Numbered from the stretch's first letter, positions 38,701-48,511 are shown. The stretch is DNA of 64,000 bases from Paludibacteraceae bacterium (GCA_017450605.1 JAFSTG010000044.1:3130-67129); one strand, 5' to 3'. Notes: generated by a model from the letters alone, not told the origin. Made by a program: numbers and translations.

Positions 38701-40563
38701 TTATTCTTGGTCTATATGTATTTTTTCTCTCATTCCCTTTGCAGATACTGCAACAGATACACTTCTTGGTTCGTCTTCTTCGTTTTTATCAACTCTAAGT
38801 GTGAATGATTTTTCAGTTAACTCTATAATATGGCACCATGACGGAAGATTCACAACTTTCCATTCTATACTGCTGTCTACATTGATTGTGATAATGCCTC
38901 CTTGCTTTTTTGAGTGTACGAGGTTCGGTTGTACGTTTATATACTCTTTTCTTTCAGCCTGCGAGATTTTGATATCTTTATATATATCACCTGCATAGAC
39001 TTGGCAGTAGGCTTCTCTACTGTTTCCACCATTGTTGTCATTTATTTTAAGTGTAAATGATGAAGGTGTCTGTTCTGTTATACTGCACCAATCAGGGAGA
39101 TGTTCAATATTCCATTCAGGATAATCAGTTTCCACAGTTACAGTAATATTACCTCCTTTGCCCGTAGGGTCATTGATGGTATTGTTAGACAATACAAGAT
39201 ATTGTTTTGCTGCGGGTTGCTTAATGGCGATTTCTTGTTTTGATTTTTCACTCCGGATAACAATTACACCATTTCTTGGTATTCCTGTTAGATTCCTTTG
39301 TAAAATTAACTTAAGTTTGTTACCGTTCTGCTGAGTAGAGCACCATGTTGGTAAACTTTCTATTTTCCATGGCAAATGTGATATAACGTCAACAACTATT
39401 TCTCCACCAAGTCCGTTGTTATCATTAACTAAATCCGGATAGACATGTAAAAAATTTTTATTTTCTTCTTGTGATATGACAATAGTAAGTTTTTGCCCGT
39501 CTGTGCTTGTAATGATCATATCGTCCTCTCTTGGTGAATTCCCGGTATTGTTAGAACAGGTAATTTTCAGGATATTCTCTTCGTGTGAATAGTTAATCCA
39601 GTTTGGACAATAAGCAACCTCCCATGTCTGTCGATAGTAAATATTTATAATATCATTACCTCCATCTGCTGTGAACTCAAGACCCTCTTTGTCTGCCTTT
39701 AACTTCTCTGCTTTTCTTTTGTTCTCTGCTGCTGTTTGTGTCAGTTGTTTTTCTCGTTCCGGCGAATCCTCCACTGTGTAACTTATATGATGAATTTCAT
39801 TGTCTATAGAGGTAATATTATCATCACTACTATAATATTCGCCGTTTGATTTAGATGAACCATGGACATCGTTATTGGTGTAATCCGTGTATGATGAGTC
39901 AGAAAATTGCTGTCCTTCTATTTCGAAATTGTTATTATCTTTTATCCTGTCGTTGGAATTGTCCCAATTAGAATCTTCTGAAAAATCATATTCTGAATAT
40001 GCCAATTCAATATATTTCTTCGCAAAAGCTTTCGCCGCTTTTTGTCCTGATGAACCATTCGCTTTTTCTTGTTCATAAACTGCAAGTGCTTCAACAGCAA
40101 TTTCTGCTAACCGTCCCTCTGCTTGAGCCTTCTTTGCCGCTGCTTTGTATTCTCGCATTAACTTAGGTTGTGCATAGGTTAGTACACCCAAATCCCACAT
40201 AAGGGAAATAGATGAACCATTTTTAATTTTAGCAGTTTTAGAATATGTTGAAATGTCATCAGATTGTTCGTTATCAAAATCTTGTCCACCGTAATCATGT
40301 TTATACGCATATCCATCGCCTTCTTCAGGTGCTATTGCCGAATGACTTATCTCTACATATCTACCATCTTCATATATTATAGCAAACACTTCGTTTGCTG
40401 ATATTGATTTGGTTTCACCATTGATTTTATATTTTATTTCGAATTCGGAAACATTTTCTACTATTGTGTTTTCTATCCGTTTGTTATTGCTCAGAATGAT
40501 TACATCCTGAGCAATAACGGCGGTAGGCAATAATAGAAGAAATAATAAAATGTAAGTCTTCAT
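38701..40563 (-). CDS. secreted protein with four tandem BACON-like repeats
   Basis: 620 aa. Signal peptide MKTYILLFLLLLPTAVIAQD, an acidic/Ser-Asn-rich low-complexity middle region, then four ~80-aa repeats sharing W...LP.WC...(S/K)..L.(V/I)..N....R....(V/I). The ATG overlaps the upstream stop (TAATG). Confidence 0.65.
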   Translation of the reverse strand: MKTYILLFLLLLPTAVIAQDVIILSNNKRIENTIVENVSEFEIKYKINGETKSISANEVFAIIYEDGRYVEISHSAIAPEEGDGYAYKHDYGGQDFDNEQSDDISTYSKTAKIKNGSSISLMWDLGVLTYAQPKLMREYKAAAKKAQAEGRLAEIAVEALAVYEQEKANGSSGQKAAKAFAKKYIELAYSEYDFSEDSNWDNSNDRIKDNNNFEIEGQQFSDSSYTDYTNNDVHGSSKSNGEYYSSDDNITSIDNEIHHISYTVEDSPEREKQLTQTAAENKRKAEKLKADKEGLEFTADGGNDIINIYYRQTWEVAYCPNWINYSHEENILKITCSNNTGNSPREDDMIITSTDGQKLTIVISQEENKNFLHVYPDLVNDNNGLGGEIVVDVISHLPWKIESLPTWCSTQQNGNKLKLILQRNLTGIPRNGVIVIRSEKSKQEIAIKQPAAKQYLVLSNNTINDPTGKGGNITVTVETDYPEWNIEHLPDWCSITEQTPSSFTLKINDNNGGNSREAYCQVYAGDIYKDIKISQAERKEYINVQPNLVHSKKQGGIITINVDSSIEWKVVNLPSWCHIIELTEKSFTLRVDKNEEDEPRSVSVAVSAKGMREKIHIDQE

Positions 40564-41540
40564 TATTCGTCCTCCTTAACCAATGGTATCATTGCGCTAA
40601 CTTCCTTTTCATCAATTATAGACCGCAAGTTATATTGTCTAACTTGTGGATAGTAGCCTTCTTTCTCTACTTTGATTTCAATCTGAACATCTCCGGAATT
40701 GTTATATGTCAGACCCGGAATATTCAATGCCTTTGTTCCTTCAAAAGGTGTAGTAGCAAGCCATTTGTAATTTTGGTTTTTTACTTTATCAGTTTGTGAT
40801 ACCACACGCCAATATACATCTCCACCTCTCGGACGAGACTCTACATTCCAGTGAACTATTAAGTGTTCTAATGCCGTATTTCCTTCTCCGGAAACATTCT
40901 TGTTTGCCTCATTTTTGGGGTTATCTGCCCGTTTGAGGAAAAATGCTATTCTATCCCAATCAATGTCATCTAAGGCATTTGCATAGGCTTTGTTAATGGC
41001 AAAATTAGCAGCATTTAAAGACGACGCACTGCCTGATATGGTAGAACGTCCTGAAACTTCTACAGTGGGGTAAACAGTAGCACGATTATGGTCAAATACC
41101 TTTAGATCCATTACAACTGTTCCATTCCAGCCAATGCCCGACAAATAATCAACATGAAATTCCTTAACAACTATTTGCATCATATAATCTGTCGCAACAT
41201 CGGCATCCAGATTAAATCCCATAGTTCTCATATATCGACGAGTACTTTCAGGAATAAATGCACCAATTGAAGGATTTGTTTGAACATGGGGGAGGTATGT
41301 CGCACTTGCATCATAAATTTGGATGATACGTTTGTCTGCGCGACCATCCTGAACATTAACCCTAATCCCATACTCAAGATTCACGTACTTATCTGCAGGA
41401 ATATTCGAAACCAAAGCAAGATTTAGTGTATATATGGATGGAGTGCTTGTGGTAGTCTTCCTTGAAGAACTACACGAAAAAAAAGCGAGGACAATTACCA
41501 TGGCAATTGCCGGAATAAAAATGTACTTTTTCATGTTCAT
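40563..41540 (-). CDS. lipoprotein, YajG-like N-terminal region plus PEGA-like C-terminal domain (tentative)
   Basis: 325 aa with lipoprotein signal ...VLAFFSC. The domain assignments rest only on pattern resemblance. Confidence 0.45.
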   Translation of the reverse strand: MNMKKYIFIPAIAMVIVLAFFSCSSSRKTTTSTPSIYTLNLALVSNIPADKYVNLEYGIRVNVQDGRADKRIIQIYDASATYLPHVQTNPSIGAFIPESTRRYMRTMGFNLDADVATDYMMQIVVKEFHVDYLSGIGWNGTVVMDLKVFDHNRATVYPTVEVSGRSTISGSASSLNAANFAINKAYANALDDIDWDRIAFFLKRADNPKNEANKNVSGEGNTALEHLIVHWNVESRPRGGDVYWRVVSQTDKVKNQNYKWLATTPFEGTKALNIPGLTYNNSGDVQIEIKVEKEGYYPQVRQYNLRSIIDEKEVSAMIPLVKEDE

Positions 41541-41562
41541 GAATATTTAATAGGTGATTTAA

Positions 41563-42096
41563 TTATTTGCCATCCGGCTTCAGTTTGAGCAGTTTGGCAG
41601 AAGCTGTTGTTTTGAATACAATACCTCTTCTACTTTGTTCAACATTAGTAGATATAACGGGTTCTATAACTCCGTCTGCTCCATTGGCCTTGCAAGCGTT
41701 GATAAGTCGATAGATTGCTAAATTACGAGCAATGTATTCAGGAGCCCTTGCAATAAGAGTTTCCCCATAATCATTTTTTAAAAAACCAAATTTAGCAATT
41801 CCGCGGAAAGCTGTAAGATAGAATTTACCGTCTTTGGCTAATGTAAAAGTTAAAGAAAACTCATCATTTGCCTCTGTAATTGTAACATTTTTAAAGGATT
41901 CATGGTAAATGATTGTAGATTCCACAGTTGTTGTGTTTAGAATAGTGTAATCTTTGCGTTGAAGATTAAGTTCTTCTAAAGAAACAGAATTGACGGTGTT
42001 GATTGCTTGAGGGACAATAGTTGCTTGCATCGAACAAGACGCAAGGGCGACAATCAATAACGTGGTTAATGAAAAAAAAGTAATTTGTTTTATCAT
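41563..42096 (-). CDS. small lipoprotein, first gene of three-gene operon
   Basis: 177 aa. Lipoprotein signal MIKQITFFSLTTLLIVALASC. No recognised motif. Confidence 0.55.
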   Translation of the reverse strand: MIKQITFFSLTTLLIVALASCSMQATIVPQAINTVNSVSLEELNLQRKDYTILNTTTVESTIIYHESFKNVTITEANDEFSLTFTLAKDGKFYLTAFRGIAKFGFLKNDYGETLIARAPEYIARNLAIYRLINACKANGADGVIEPVISTNVEQSRRGIVFKTTASAKLLKLKPDGK

Positions 42097-42178
42097 ATCA
42101 AATGTTTTTTATGCCTACTCTTCGTCGGATTTTCGGCTTTACTCCGTTATGCAGTTTTGTTTGTTCAAATACGGGTAT

Positions 42179-42227
42179 AAAAAAAGCGCAGACCTCGTCG
42201 TTGCTTACTCCAACTTGAGGTCTTCGC
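42179..42227 (-). terminator. intrinsic terminator on minus strand inside an ORF-free gap
   Basis: On the minus strand: gcgaagacctc ... gaggtctgcgc (10 of 11 bp, with an inner GTTG/CAAC stem) followed by TTTTTTT (plus-strand A7 at 42179-42185). Confidence 0.6.
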
Positions 42228-42526
42228 ATTACCTTTATGAACAAATAAACAACAATGAAACCTACGCCGATATGACTAACTGACATTTGAAATGCATAGT
42301 ATTATCATACCCGTAGGCGTCAATTGCAACCTTGTCTCTTGTTCAAAAATTTAACTGAAATTTGCGAAGTTTCAAGTTGTAGAAACAAAGCGTCAATAAA
42401 CGCTAACAAATACAAATAAGTCCAAAATACGTAATATAAGAAAAAATGGACATCTTGTTATCCCACCCACCATTCATTATTCCACTTGTCCGCTGACAAA
42501 AATGAATTCGGCGCAGATAACGCTTG

Positions 42527-42557
42527 CAAAGTTAGTGTTTTTTTTATAATAATCAAA
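42527..42557 (-). promoter_or_regulatory. strong orphan Bacteroidota promoter on minus strand (-33 TTTG / -7 TAACTTTG)
   Basis: The reverse complement gives TTTG (42557-42554), a 19-nt spacer and TAACTTTG (42534-42527). The nearest minus-strand CDS start is about 430 nt away, at 42096. Confidence 0.5.
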
Positions 42558-42695
42558 TTATTTTCAAAAAAAATGGAATCACATAAAAAAGTACTCACGC
42601 TAATAGGCAAGTAAAAACATGCATGATTAAAGTATATAGAGATATACATATTTTTGAAAAGTATGTAATGCTTTTGCTGTCTCAATAATTTTTAT

Positions 42696-42703
42696 TACCT
42701 TTG
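42696..42703 (+). promoter_or_regulatory. -7 box TACCTTTG upstream of helicase gene
   Basis: Matches TAnnTTTG, 11 nt upstream of the ATG at 42714 (a near-leaderless arrangement). Confidence 0.45.
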
Positions 42704-42713
42704 CTCACTGATT

Positions 42714-45035
42714 ATGCAAATGGAGAATAACGATACGCGAAATATTGCTTTTCTTAGCGAACTGAATGAGGCTCAGCGTGCGGCGGTAACTTGTATTGAC
42801 CACCCTTCGTTGGTGGTAGCTGGTGCCGGTTCGGGTAAGACACGTGTACTTACCTATAAAATAGCTTATCTGCTGAGTTGTGGCTTACCGGCTTGGAATA
42901 TTCTTGCTCTTACGTTTACCAACAAGGCGTCTCGCGAGATGCGCGAGCGCGTGTATTCGCTTGTGGGCGACAAGATTGCACGTCGGCTTAATATGGGCAC
43001 TTTCCATTCGGTGTTCTCTCGACTTCTACGTCATGAGAGCGAATGTTTAGGTTACACTCATGATTATACTATTTACGATTCGCAGGATAGCAAAAACCTC
43101 ATTAAGCGTATAGTAAAAGAGCTGGCGTTAGACGATAAGGTGTATAAAGCCTCGGTAGTGGCATCTCGCATATCGTTGGCAAAGAATCATATAATAAGTC
43201 CGGCTGAGTATGCCGTTAACACTACCCTACAACAAACCGACCGTATAGCAAGGATGCCACGGGTGGCTGATGTGTATGCTGTGTATCAACAGCAACTTAA
43301 GGCTGCAAATGCTATGGATTTCGACGATTTGCTTGTCAATACCTTTCTGCTACTGAAGCAGCAGCCGTCAATTCTTGAGAAGTATCAAAATGCCTTTCAG
43401 TATATCCTTGTTGACGAGTATCAGGACACTAACCGCGTACAGTATCAGATAATAAGACTTCTTGCCGCCAAGCATCATAATATAACGGTTGTGGGCGACG
43501 ATGCTCAGTCGATTTACGCATTCCGTGGGGCTGATATCGACAATATACTTGGCTTTGATATGGATTTTGCGGATACAAAAGTTTTCAAACTCGAGCAGAA
43601 CTATCGCTCGACGCAGAATATAGTGGATGCTGCCAACTCTCTTATACATAAGAACGGTGCGCAGATACATAAGGATGTATTTTCCAGGGGCGACAAAGGA
43701 GACTTGCTGCACGTGTGCCACTATCCTTCAGATAAGGCAGAAGCATCAGGCATAGCTGCTCGTATCGCTGATTTGAAGCGAAGTATCAGTCTCGATGATG
43801 TGGCTGTTCTGTATCGCACAAATGCTCAGTCGCGTAGCATAGAGGATGCCCTGCGCAAGTTAGGGCTGCCATATCGCATATATGGTGGTGTGGCATTCTA
43901 TCAGCGTCGAGAGGTGAAAGATGCGCTTGCTTATATGCGTCTTGCCTCTAACCTTAGGGATGAAGAGTCGTTGCTCAGAATAATCAATGTGCCCGCTCGC
44001 GGCATAGGCGATACCACACTTCGTAAAGTGGTGGAGCATGCACATCAGAATCAGTTATCGGCATTCGAAGTGGTAACCAATCCCGTGGCAGCAGGTCTTG
44101 CTGTTTCGTCGGCTACGGTAAAGCGACTAACTGCATTTGCAGCAATGGTGCTTGGATGGCGCGAACAGATAAGCACGCTTAACGCTTTCGATTTTGCAAA
44201 TCTCGTACTCCGCGAATCGCAACTTTTTGCCGATGCTCAGGCGGATACGACACAAGATGGTATCGACCGATTGGATAATATAAAAGAATTGGTGAGCAGC
44301 ATACGCGAATTTGTGGAGAAAGAGACGCAAGAGGGGGTGGAAAATCCTTCGATATTAGATTTCTTATCAGAGGTGAGTCTGCTTACCGACCAAGACGAGC
44401 ACCTCAACGACAAAGAACATCGTGTAACGCTGATGACAGTACATGCAGCTAAAGGTTTGGAATTCTCGTATGTCTTCATTGCCGGAATGGAGGAGAAACT
44501 ATTTCCTTCGCCTTATATACAGACGATACGGGAGTTGGAGGAAGAGCGCCGACTGTTTTACGTGGCTATCACACGGGCAAAAAAGCAATGTGTCATTTCG
44601 TTTGCCGATTGCCGATTTGTTAACGGTAGTCCGCAGTTTCAGGCTGAGAGTTCTTTTCTGCGAGATATAGATGCTCGCTATGTGGTGCGTGAAGAACAGA
44701 AGCAGAAGCCTTCCACTTTCTGGTCGGGCTGGAACGACTTCGACGACGACTGGCAACAGCCGACTATAACTCGCCGTCCTTCAGCTCAGTATAGTGCGCC
44801 GCAACCTAAGAACATGAAGAACATGAGGAGTATGGGGCAGACCTCTGCTGCCGAACGTCATGATATATTAACCGATTTTCCGGTGGGCAGCTACGTTAAT
44901 CATGGTGTGTTCGGACGAGGACAAGTGATGGCGGCTTACGAAGAAAACGGTAATAGAAAGATAGAAATAGATTTCGAGCGAACAGGCAAAAAGACATTAT
45001 TGCTTCAGTTTGCCAAACTCACTCGTGCTGATTAA
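42714..45035 (+). CDS. ATP-dependent DNA helicase, UvrD/PcrA/Rep family
   Basis: 773 aa with SF1 motifs (AGAGSGKT, TFHS, LVDEYQDTN, VGDDAQSIYAFRGA, QNYRST, VHAAKGLEF, YVAITRA). Confidence 0.9.
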   Translation: MQMENNDTRNIAFLSELNEAQRAAVTCIDHPSLVVAGAGSGKTRVLTYKIAYLLSCGLPAWNILALTFTNKASREMRERVYSLVGDKIARRLNMGTFHSVFSRLLRHESECLGYTHDYTIYDSQDSKNLIKRIVKELALDDKVYKASVVASRISLAKNHIISPAEYAVNTTLQQTDRIARMPRVADVYAVYQQQLKAANAMDFDDLLVNTFLLLKQQPSILEKYQNAFQYILVDEYQDTNRVQYQIIRLLAAKHHNITVVGDDAQSIYAFRGADIDNILGFDMDFADTKVFKLEQNYRSTQNIVDAANSLIHKNGAQIHKDVFSRGDKGDLLHVCHYPSDKAEASGIAARIADLKRSISLDDVAVLYRTNAQSRSIEDALRKLGLPYRIYGGVAFYQRREVKDALAYMRLASNLRDEESLLRIINVPARGIGDTTLRKVVEHAHQNQLSAFEVVTNPVAAGLAVSSATVKRLTAFAAMVLGWREQISTLNAFDFANLVLRESQLFADAQADTTQDGIDRLDNIKELVSSIREFVEKETQEGVENPSILDFLSEVSLLTDQDEHLNDKEHRVTLMTVHAAKGLEFSYVFIAGMEEKLFPSPYIQTIRELEEERRLFYVAITRAKKQCVISFADCRFVNGSPQFQAESSFLRDIDARYVVREEQKQKPSTFWSGWNDFDDDWQQPTITRRPSAQYSAPQPKNMKNMRSMGQTSAAERHDILTDFPVGSYVNHGVFGRGQVMAAYEENGNRKIEIDFERTGKKTLLLQFAKLTRAD

Positions 45036-45101
45036 TAATGACCTTTTATTTTTTTAACTTAAATCGATGGCGACGATGTAATAACAGTCGAGACTGAATT
45101 T

Positions 45102-45710
45102 ATGAAAAAACTAAAACTCATGGCAGTATGTCTGCTTGGCGTGATGTTGGCATCATGCTCGTCGAATGGTATCTATCGTGTTACCTCAACCAACCGCGTA
45201 AAGAATCCGAAGGTGGCAGATATATATGCCGAACTCGAAGTCCGTCCTGCAAAGATGACCTATGTCTATGAGGCTTCGTTCAATAGAGCAGAAGTAGTGA
45301 AAGAGGATGTTGTGAAGGAAAACGCAATTTACGAGGCACTGCTTAAAGCCAATGCCGATGTTATGGTATCTCCTATTTTCAAAATTGAGTATGAAGAAGA
45401 CAACCGTGGCAAGTACTATACCATTACAGTAACCGGTTATCCTGCTGACTTCAAAAAGTTTGTACAAGACAAGGCTCCTCTTACACGCACCGGCTACGAG
45501 GTTAAAGAACTAAAGAAAGATGCTTCGTATCTTGTAGTTGACAAAGATCAGAATGGTTCAACTACCGGTTACACTGTAGTTACTTCGACAGGTGAAGTAG
45601 GTCATTCTGCTCCTGCTCCTAAGCATTGCGATGCTCCGGTGCTTGAACCTAAAGACGAAGGTAAGGATGTGGAAGGCGGTATGCTCCCATTCCTTAAGAA
45701 AAAGAAATAA
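45102..45710 (+). CDS. small lipoprotein
   Basis: 202 aa with lipoprotein signal MKKLKLMAVCLLGVMLASC. Weakly resembles the 41563-42096 product (AIY..L.KANAD...P....E). Confidence 0.55.
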   Translation: MKKLKLMAVCLLGVMLASCSSNGIYRVTSTNRVKNPKVADIYAELEVRPAKMTYVYEASFNRAEVVKEDVVKENAIYEALLKANADVMVSPIFKIEYEEDNRGKYYTITVTGYPADFKKFVQDKAPLTRTGYEVKELKKDASYLVVDKDQNGSTTGYTVVTSTGEVGHSAPAPKHCDAPVLEPKDEGKDVEGGMLPFLKKKK

Positions 45711-45729
45711 CGAAGAATACATCCTGTTT

Positions 45730-45770
45730 GAGAGCGGCGAGCGTAAAAAAACGTCTCTCCGCTCTTTTTT
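45730..45770 (+). terminator. intrinsic terminator after lipoprotein gene
   Basis: gagagcgg ... ccgctct stem followed by TTTTTT. Confidence 0.55.
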
Positions 45771-45847
45771 GTGATGCAATAAGAAGAAAAGTTGCTCTGT
45801 TTGCGTAAGTTTTTTCGTAAATATTTGTGTGTTTGAAAAAAATGTTG

Positions 45848-45855
45848 TACTTTTG
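45848..45855 (+). promoter_or_regulatory. -7 box TACTTTTG upstream of rpsF operon
   Basis: Matches TAnnTTTG, 66 nt upstream of the ATG at 45921. Confidence 0.5.
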
Positions 45856-45920
45856 CACGCTTTTTCGCCGAATGCGTGAAAGTGATAATTAATAATAACC
45901 AATATAAACAGTTAAAGTAA

Positions 45921-46271
45921 ATGTTAAACCATTACGAAGCCGCTTTCATCTTGACTCCCGTTTTATCTGAACCACAGATGAAGGAAGCGGTTGACAAATT
46001 CGAGAATCTTCTCAAGGAGAATGGTGCTACTATTCTCAATCGTGAGGAGTGGGGTTTGAAGAAATTAGCTTACCCTATCCAAGGCAAGACAACGGGATTC
46101 TATGCCTTACTTCAATTTGATGTAGAACCGGCCGTTATCGCTACCCTCGAAACAGCTTTCCGTCGCGACGAAAAAGTACTGCGCTTCCTTTCGTTCCGCC
46201 TCGACAAGTATGCATTTGAGTATGCAGAAAAACGACGCAATGTTAATCTTAAAAAAACACAGGAGGCTTAA
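45921..46271 (+). CDS. rpsF: 30S ribosomal protein S6
   Basis: 116 aa with an [13 protein letters not shown]... start typical of S6. It sits in the conserved rpsF-rpsR-rplI order. Confidence 0.92.
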   Translation: MLNHYEAAFILTPVLSEPQMKEAVDKFENLLKENGATILNREEWGLKKLAYPIQGKTTGFYALLQFDVEPAVIATLETAFRRDEKVLRFLSFRLDKYAFEYAEKRRNVNLKKTQEA

Positions 46272-46273
46272 TT

Positions 46274-46537
46274 ATGGCAGAGCAAGAGATTCGTTATCTG
46301 ACCCCGCAACAAAGCGATCAGAAGAAAAAGAAGTATTGCCGTTTCAAGAAGAGCGGTATTAAATACATCGACTACAAAGATCCAGAGTTCTTGAAGAAAT
46401 TCCTCAACGAGCAAGGCAAGATTCTTCCTCGCCGTATTACAGGTACTTCGCTCAAGTTCCAGCGTAAAGTAGCACAGGCAGTTAAAAGAGCACGCCACTT
46501 GGCTTTGCTCCCATACGTAACCGATATGATGAAATAA
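46274..46537 (+). CDS. rpsR: 30S ribosomal protein S18
   Basis: 87 aa with the typical S18 sequence [15 protein letters not shown]...LPRRITG....QR.VA.AVKRAR.LALLPY. Confidence 0.92.
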   Translation: MAEQEIRYLTPQQSDQKKKKYCRFKKSGIKYIDYKDPEFLKKFLNEQGKILPRRITGTSLKFQRKVAQAVKRARHLALLPYVTDMMK

Positions 46538-46551
46538 TAAGGAGGGCAATT

Positions 46552-47004
46552 ATGGAAGTTATACTTATTCAAGATGTTGCCAATCTGGGCTACAAGAATG
46601 ATATCGTTAAGGTAAGAGACGGTTATGGTCGTAACTACCTCATTCCTCAGAAACTTGCTGTTATAGCAAGCGAGAGTGCAAAAAAACAACTCGCAGAAAA
46701 TCTCAAACAACAGGCTCATAAGTTGGCCAAACTGCGCGATGATGCTCAGGTATTGGCTCAGAAACTTGAGGCTGTAGTTCTCACCATTGCTGTTAAGGCA
46801 AGCGAGAATGGCAAGATTTTCGGTTCGGTTACTAACGCTCAGATTGCTGAGGCTCTCGAGGCTCTCGGTATCAGTGTTGACCGCAAACTTATCTCGGTAG
46901 AGCCTGTTAAGGAACTCGGCGAAGGTAAGGCAGTTGCCAAACTCTATAAAGATATTAAGGCTGTTATCGGTTTCAAGGTTGTTGCCGAGGCTGCTGAAGA
47001 GTAA
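46552..47004 (+). CDS. rplI: 50S ribosomal protein L9
   Basis: 150 aa with the typical L9 start MEVILIQDVANLGYKNDIVKVRDGYGRNYLIPQKLAV. Confidence 0.92.
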   Translation: MEVILIQDVANLGYKNDIVKVRDGYGRNYLIPQKLAVIASESAKKQLAENLKQQAHKLAKLRDDAQVLAQKLEAVVLTIAVKASENGKIFGSVTNAQIAEALEALGISVDRKLISVEPVKELGEGKAVAKLYKDIKAVIGFKVVAEAAEE

Positions 47005-47027
47005 TAATTTTGTAAAAACAAAAAACT

Positions 47028-47282
47028 ATGAAACAAGGAATTCATCCTGATAATTACAGAGTGGTTGTTTTTAAGGATATGTCCGACGGAACTCAATTCT
47101 TCAGCCGTTCAACAGCCGCTACCAAAGATACTATAGAGATTGACGGCGAGACTTATCCGCTCATCAAACTCGAGATTTCTAACACTTCGCACCCGTTCTA
47201 TACTGGTAAGTCGAAGTTGGTTGACACTGCCGGTCGCGTTGACAAATTTATGTCGCGCTATGGCAATCGTCATAAGAAATAA
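47028..47282 (+). CDS. rpmE: 50S ribosomal protein L31, type B (no zinc-binding Cys motif)
   Basis: 84 aa: [10 protein letters not shown]...[18 protein letters not shown]. The CxxC pairs are absent. Confidence 0.9.
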   Translation: MKQGIHPDNYRVVVFKDMSDGTQFFSRSTAATKDTIEIDGETYPLIKLEISNTSHPFYTGKSKLVDTAGRVDKFMSRYGNRHKK

Positions 47283-47313
47283 ACTATCGGCTCGCAGCCG
47301 ACGGTCGATTAGC

Positions 47314-47363
47314 AACTATCAGTTATCATACGCCGACCGGCGAATGACAACTGATAGTTTTTT
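47314..47363 (+). terminator. intrinsic terminator of ribosomal protein operon
   Basis: aactatcagtt / aactgatagtt perfect 11-bp stem with an inner cgccg/cggcg stem, followed by TTTTT. Confidence 0.7.
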
Positions 47364-47385
47364 CAATACTTAATTCTCAACTATT

Positions 47386-48285
47386 ATGTCCAATACTAAA
47401 TTGAATGTTAAAGACTCCTCAACTCTACTTGTTTTTTTGCAAGAGAAAATGGGAGGAATGAGCCGAACTTCGCTCAAACAGATGCTCTCGCAGCGCCGTG
47501 TGATGGTAGATGGTCATGTGGAGACCAACTTCGCATGCCCTCTTGATGCCGGTTCGGTGGTGGAAATAGTGCATGGTCGTCCGTCTTACGAACTTAAGCA
47601 CCCAAAACTGAGGGTTGTGTATGAAGATGAGCACCTTATAGTAGTTGAGAAACGTGAGGGGTTGCTTACCGTTGCAACCTATCCCGGTTCTACCGAGACT
47701 ACTGTTTTCTCTATTTTGAAGAACTATGTAAGGCAGTCGAACCCTCGCGGCGGTGTGTTTACCGTGCATCGTCTCGACCGCGAAACATCGGGTTTGCTCG
47801 TTTTTGCCAAATCGAAAGAATTGCAGGAATATATGCGCGAGTGGTGGCGTGATATCGTTAAATGTCGCACCTATATTGCTGTGGCAGAAGGTCTGTTCGA
47901 CAAGAAAGAGGGCAGAATAGTTACGTGGCTGACCGAAGATAAGCGTAATGCAGTGGTCTATTCGTCGCCCACCGACGACGGAGGAAAGAAGTCAATCACC
48001 AATTATAAGGTTGTGAAAGAAAAAGCTGGAGAGCGGGATACCGACATCGGTCTGTCGCTCGTTGAACTTAATTTGGAAACCGGCCGTACTAACCAGATTC
48101 GTGTTCACCTTGCCTCTATCGGTCATCCCATAGCAGGCGACCGCAAGTATGGTTCCGGCACGCAACTGCCAATCGACCGACTTGCACTACATGCACGCGT
48201 GTTAGAGTTTATACATCCGGTAACGGAGAAGGTTATGCACTTTGAGACTCCAATACCGAAAGAATTCATCCGTCTGATGAAGTGA
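47386..48285 (+). CDS. RluA-family rRNA pseudouridine synthase with N-terminal S4 domain
   Basis: 299 aa with the HRLDRETSGLLVFAK catalytic-Asp motif and GRTNQIRVHLA. Confidence 0.85.
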   Translation: MSNTKLNVKDSSTLLVFLQEKMGGMSRTSLKQMLSQRRVMVDGHVETNFACPLDAGSVVEIVHGRPSYELKHPKLRVVYEDEHLIVVEKREGLLTVATYPGSTETTVFSILKNYVRQSNPRGGVFTVHRLDRETSGLLVFAKSKELQEYMREWWRDIVKCRTYIAVAEGLFDKKEGRIVTWLTEDKRNAVVYSSPTDDGGKKSITNYKVVKEKAGERDTDIGLSLVELNLETGRTNQIRVHLASIGHPIAGDRKYGSGTQLPIDRLALHARVLEFIHPVTEKVMHFETPIPKEFIRLMK

Positions 48286-48477
48286 TGCATTGGTCCCCAT
48301 TTTTCAAGGCGTCCACATCACAAAGTTTTCCATAGATTTACTGTCTCAACTTCTGCCTATGTGCGGATTTAATACTCTTTAGTTTTCCTCATTTACATTT
48401 TTTCACTAATAAATTCATCAAATTGAATCGAAAACAAGTTAGGGGAATGTTTTTTTGCATATCTGCATTGAAAATAT

Positions 48478-48485
48478 TATCTTTG
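48478..48485 (+). promoter_or_regulatory. -7 box TATCTTTG upstream of TPR/LuxR-like regulator
   Basis: Matches TAnnTTTG, 27 nt upstream of the ATG at 48512. Confidence 0.5.
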
Positions 48486-48511
48486 CCATGTGTAATCTTA
48501 AGGTATAGCTA

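Noticed and set aside
42062-42685. Three 62-75-aa ORFs in the helicase/lipoprotein intergenic gap (42062-42283 +, 42098-42286 -, 42458-42685 -)
   Set aside because: They have low-complexity AT-rich translations. One runs through the intrinsic terminator hairpin and another overlaps the orphan promoter. The region is treated as non-coding or RNA-coding instead.
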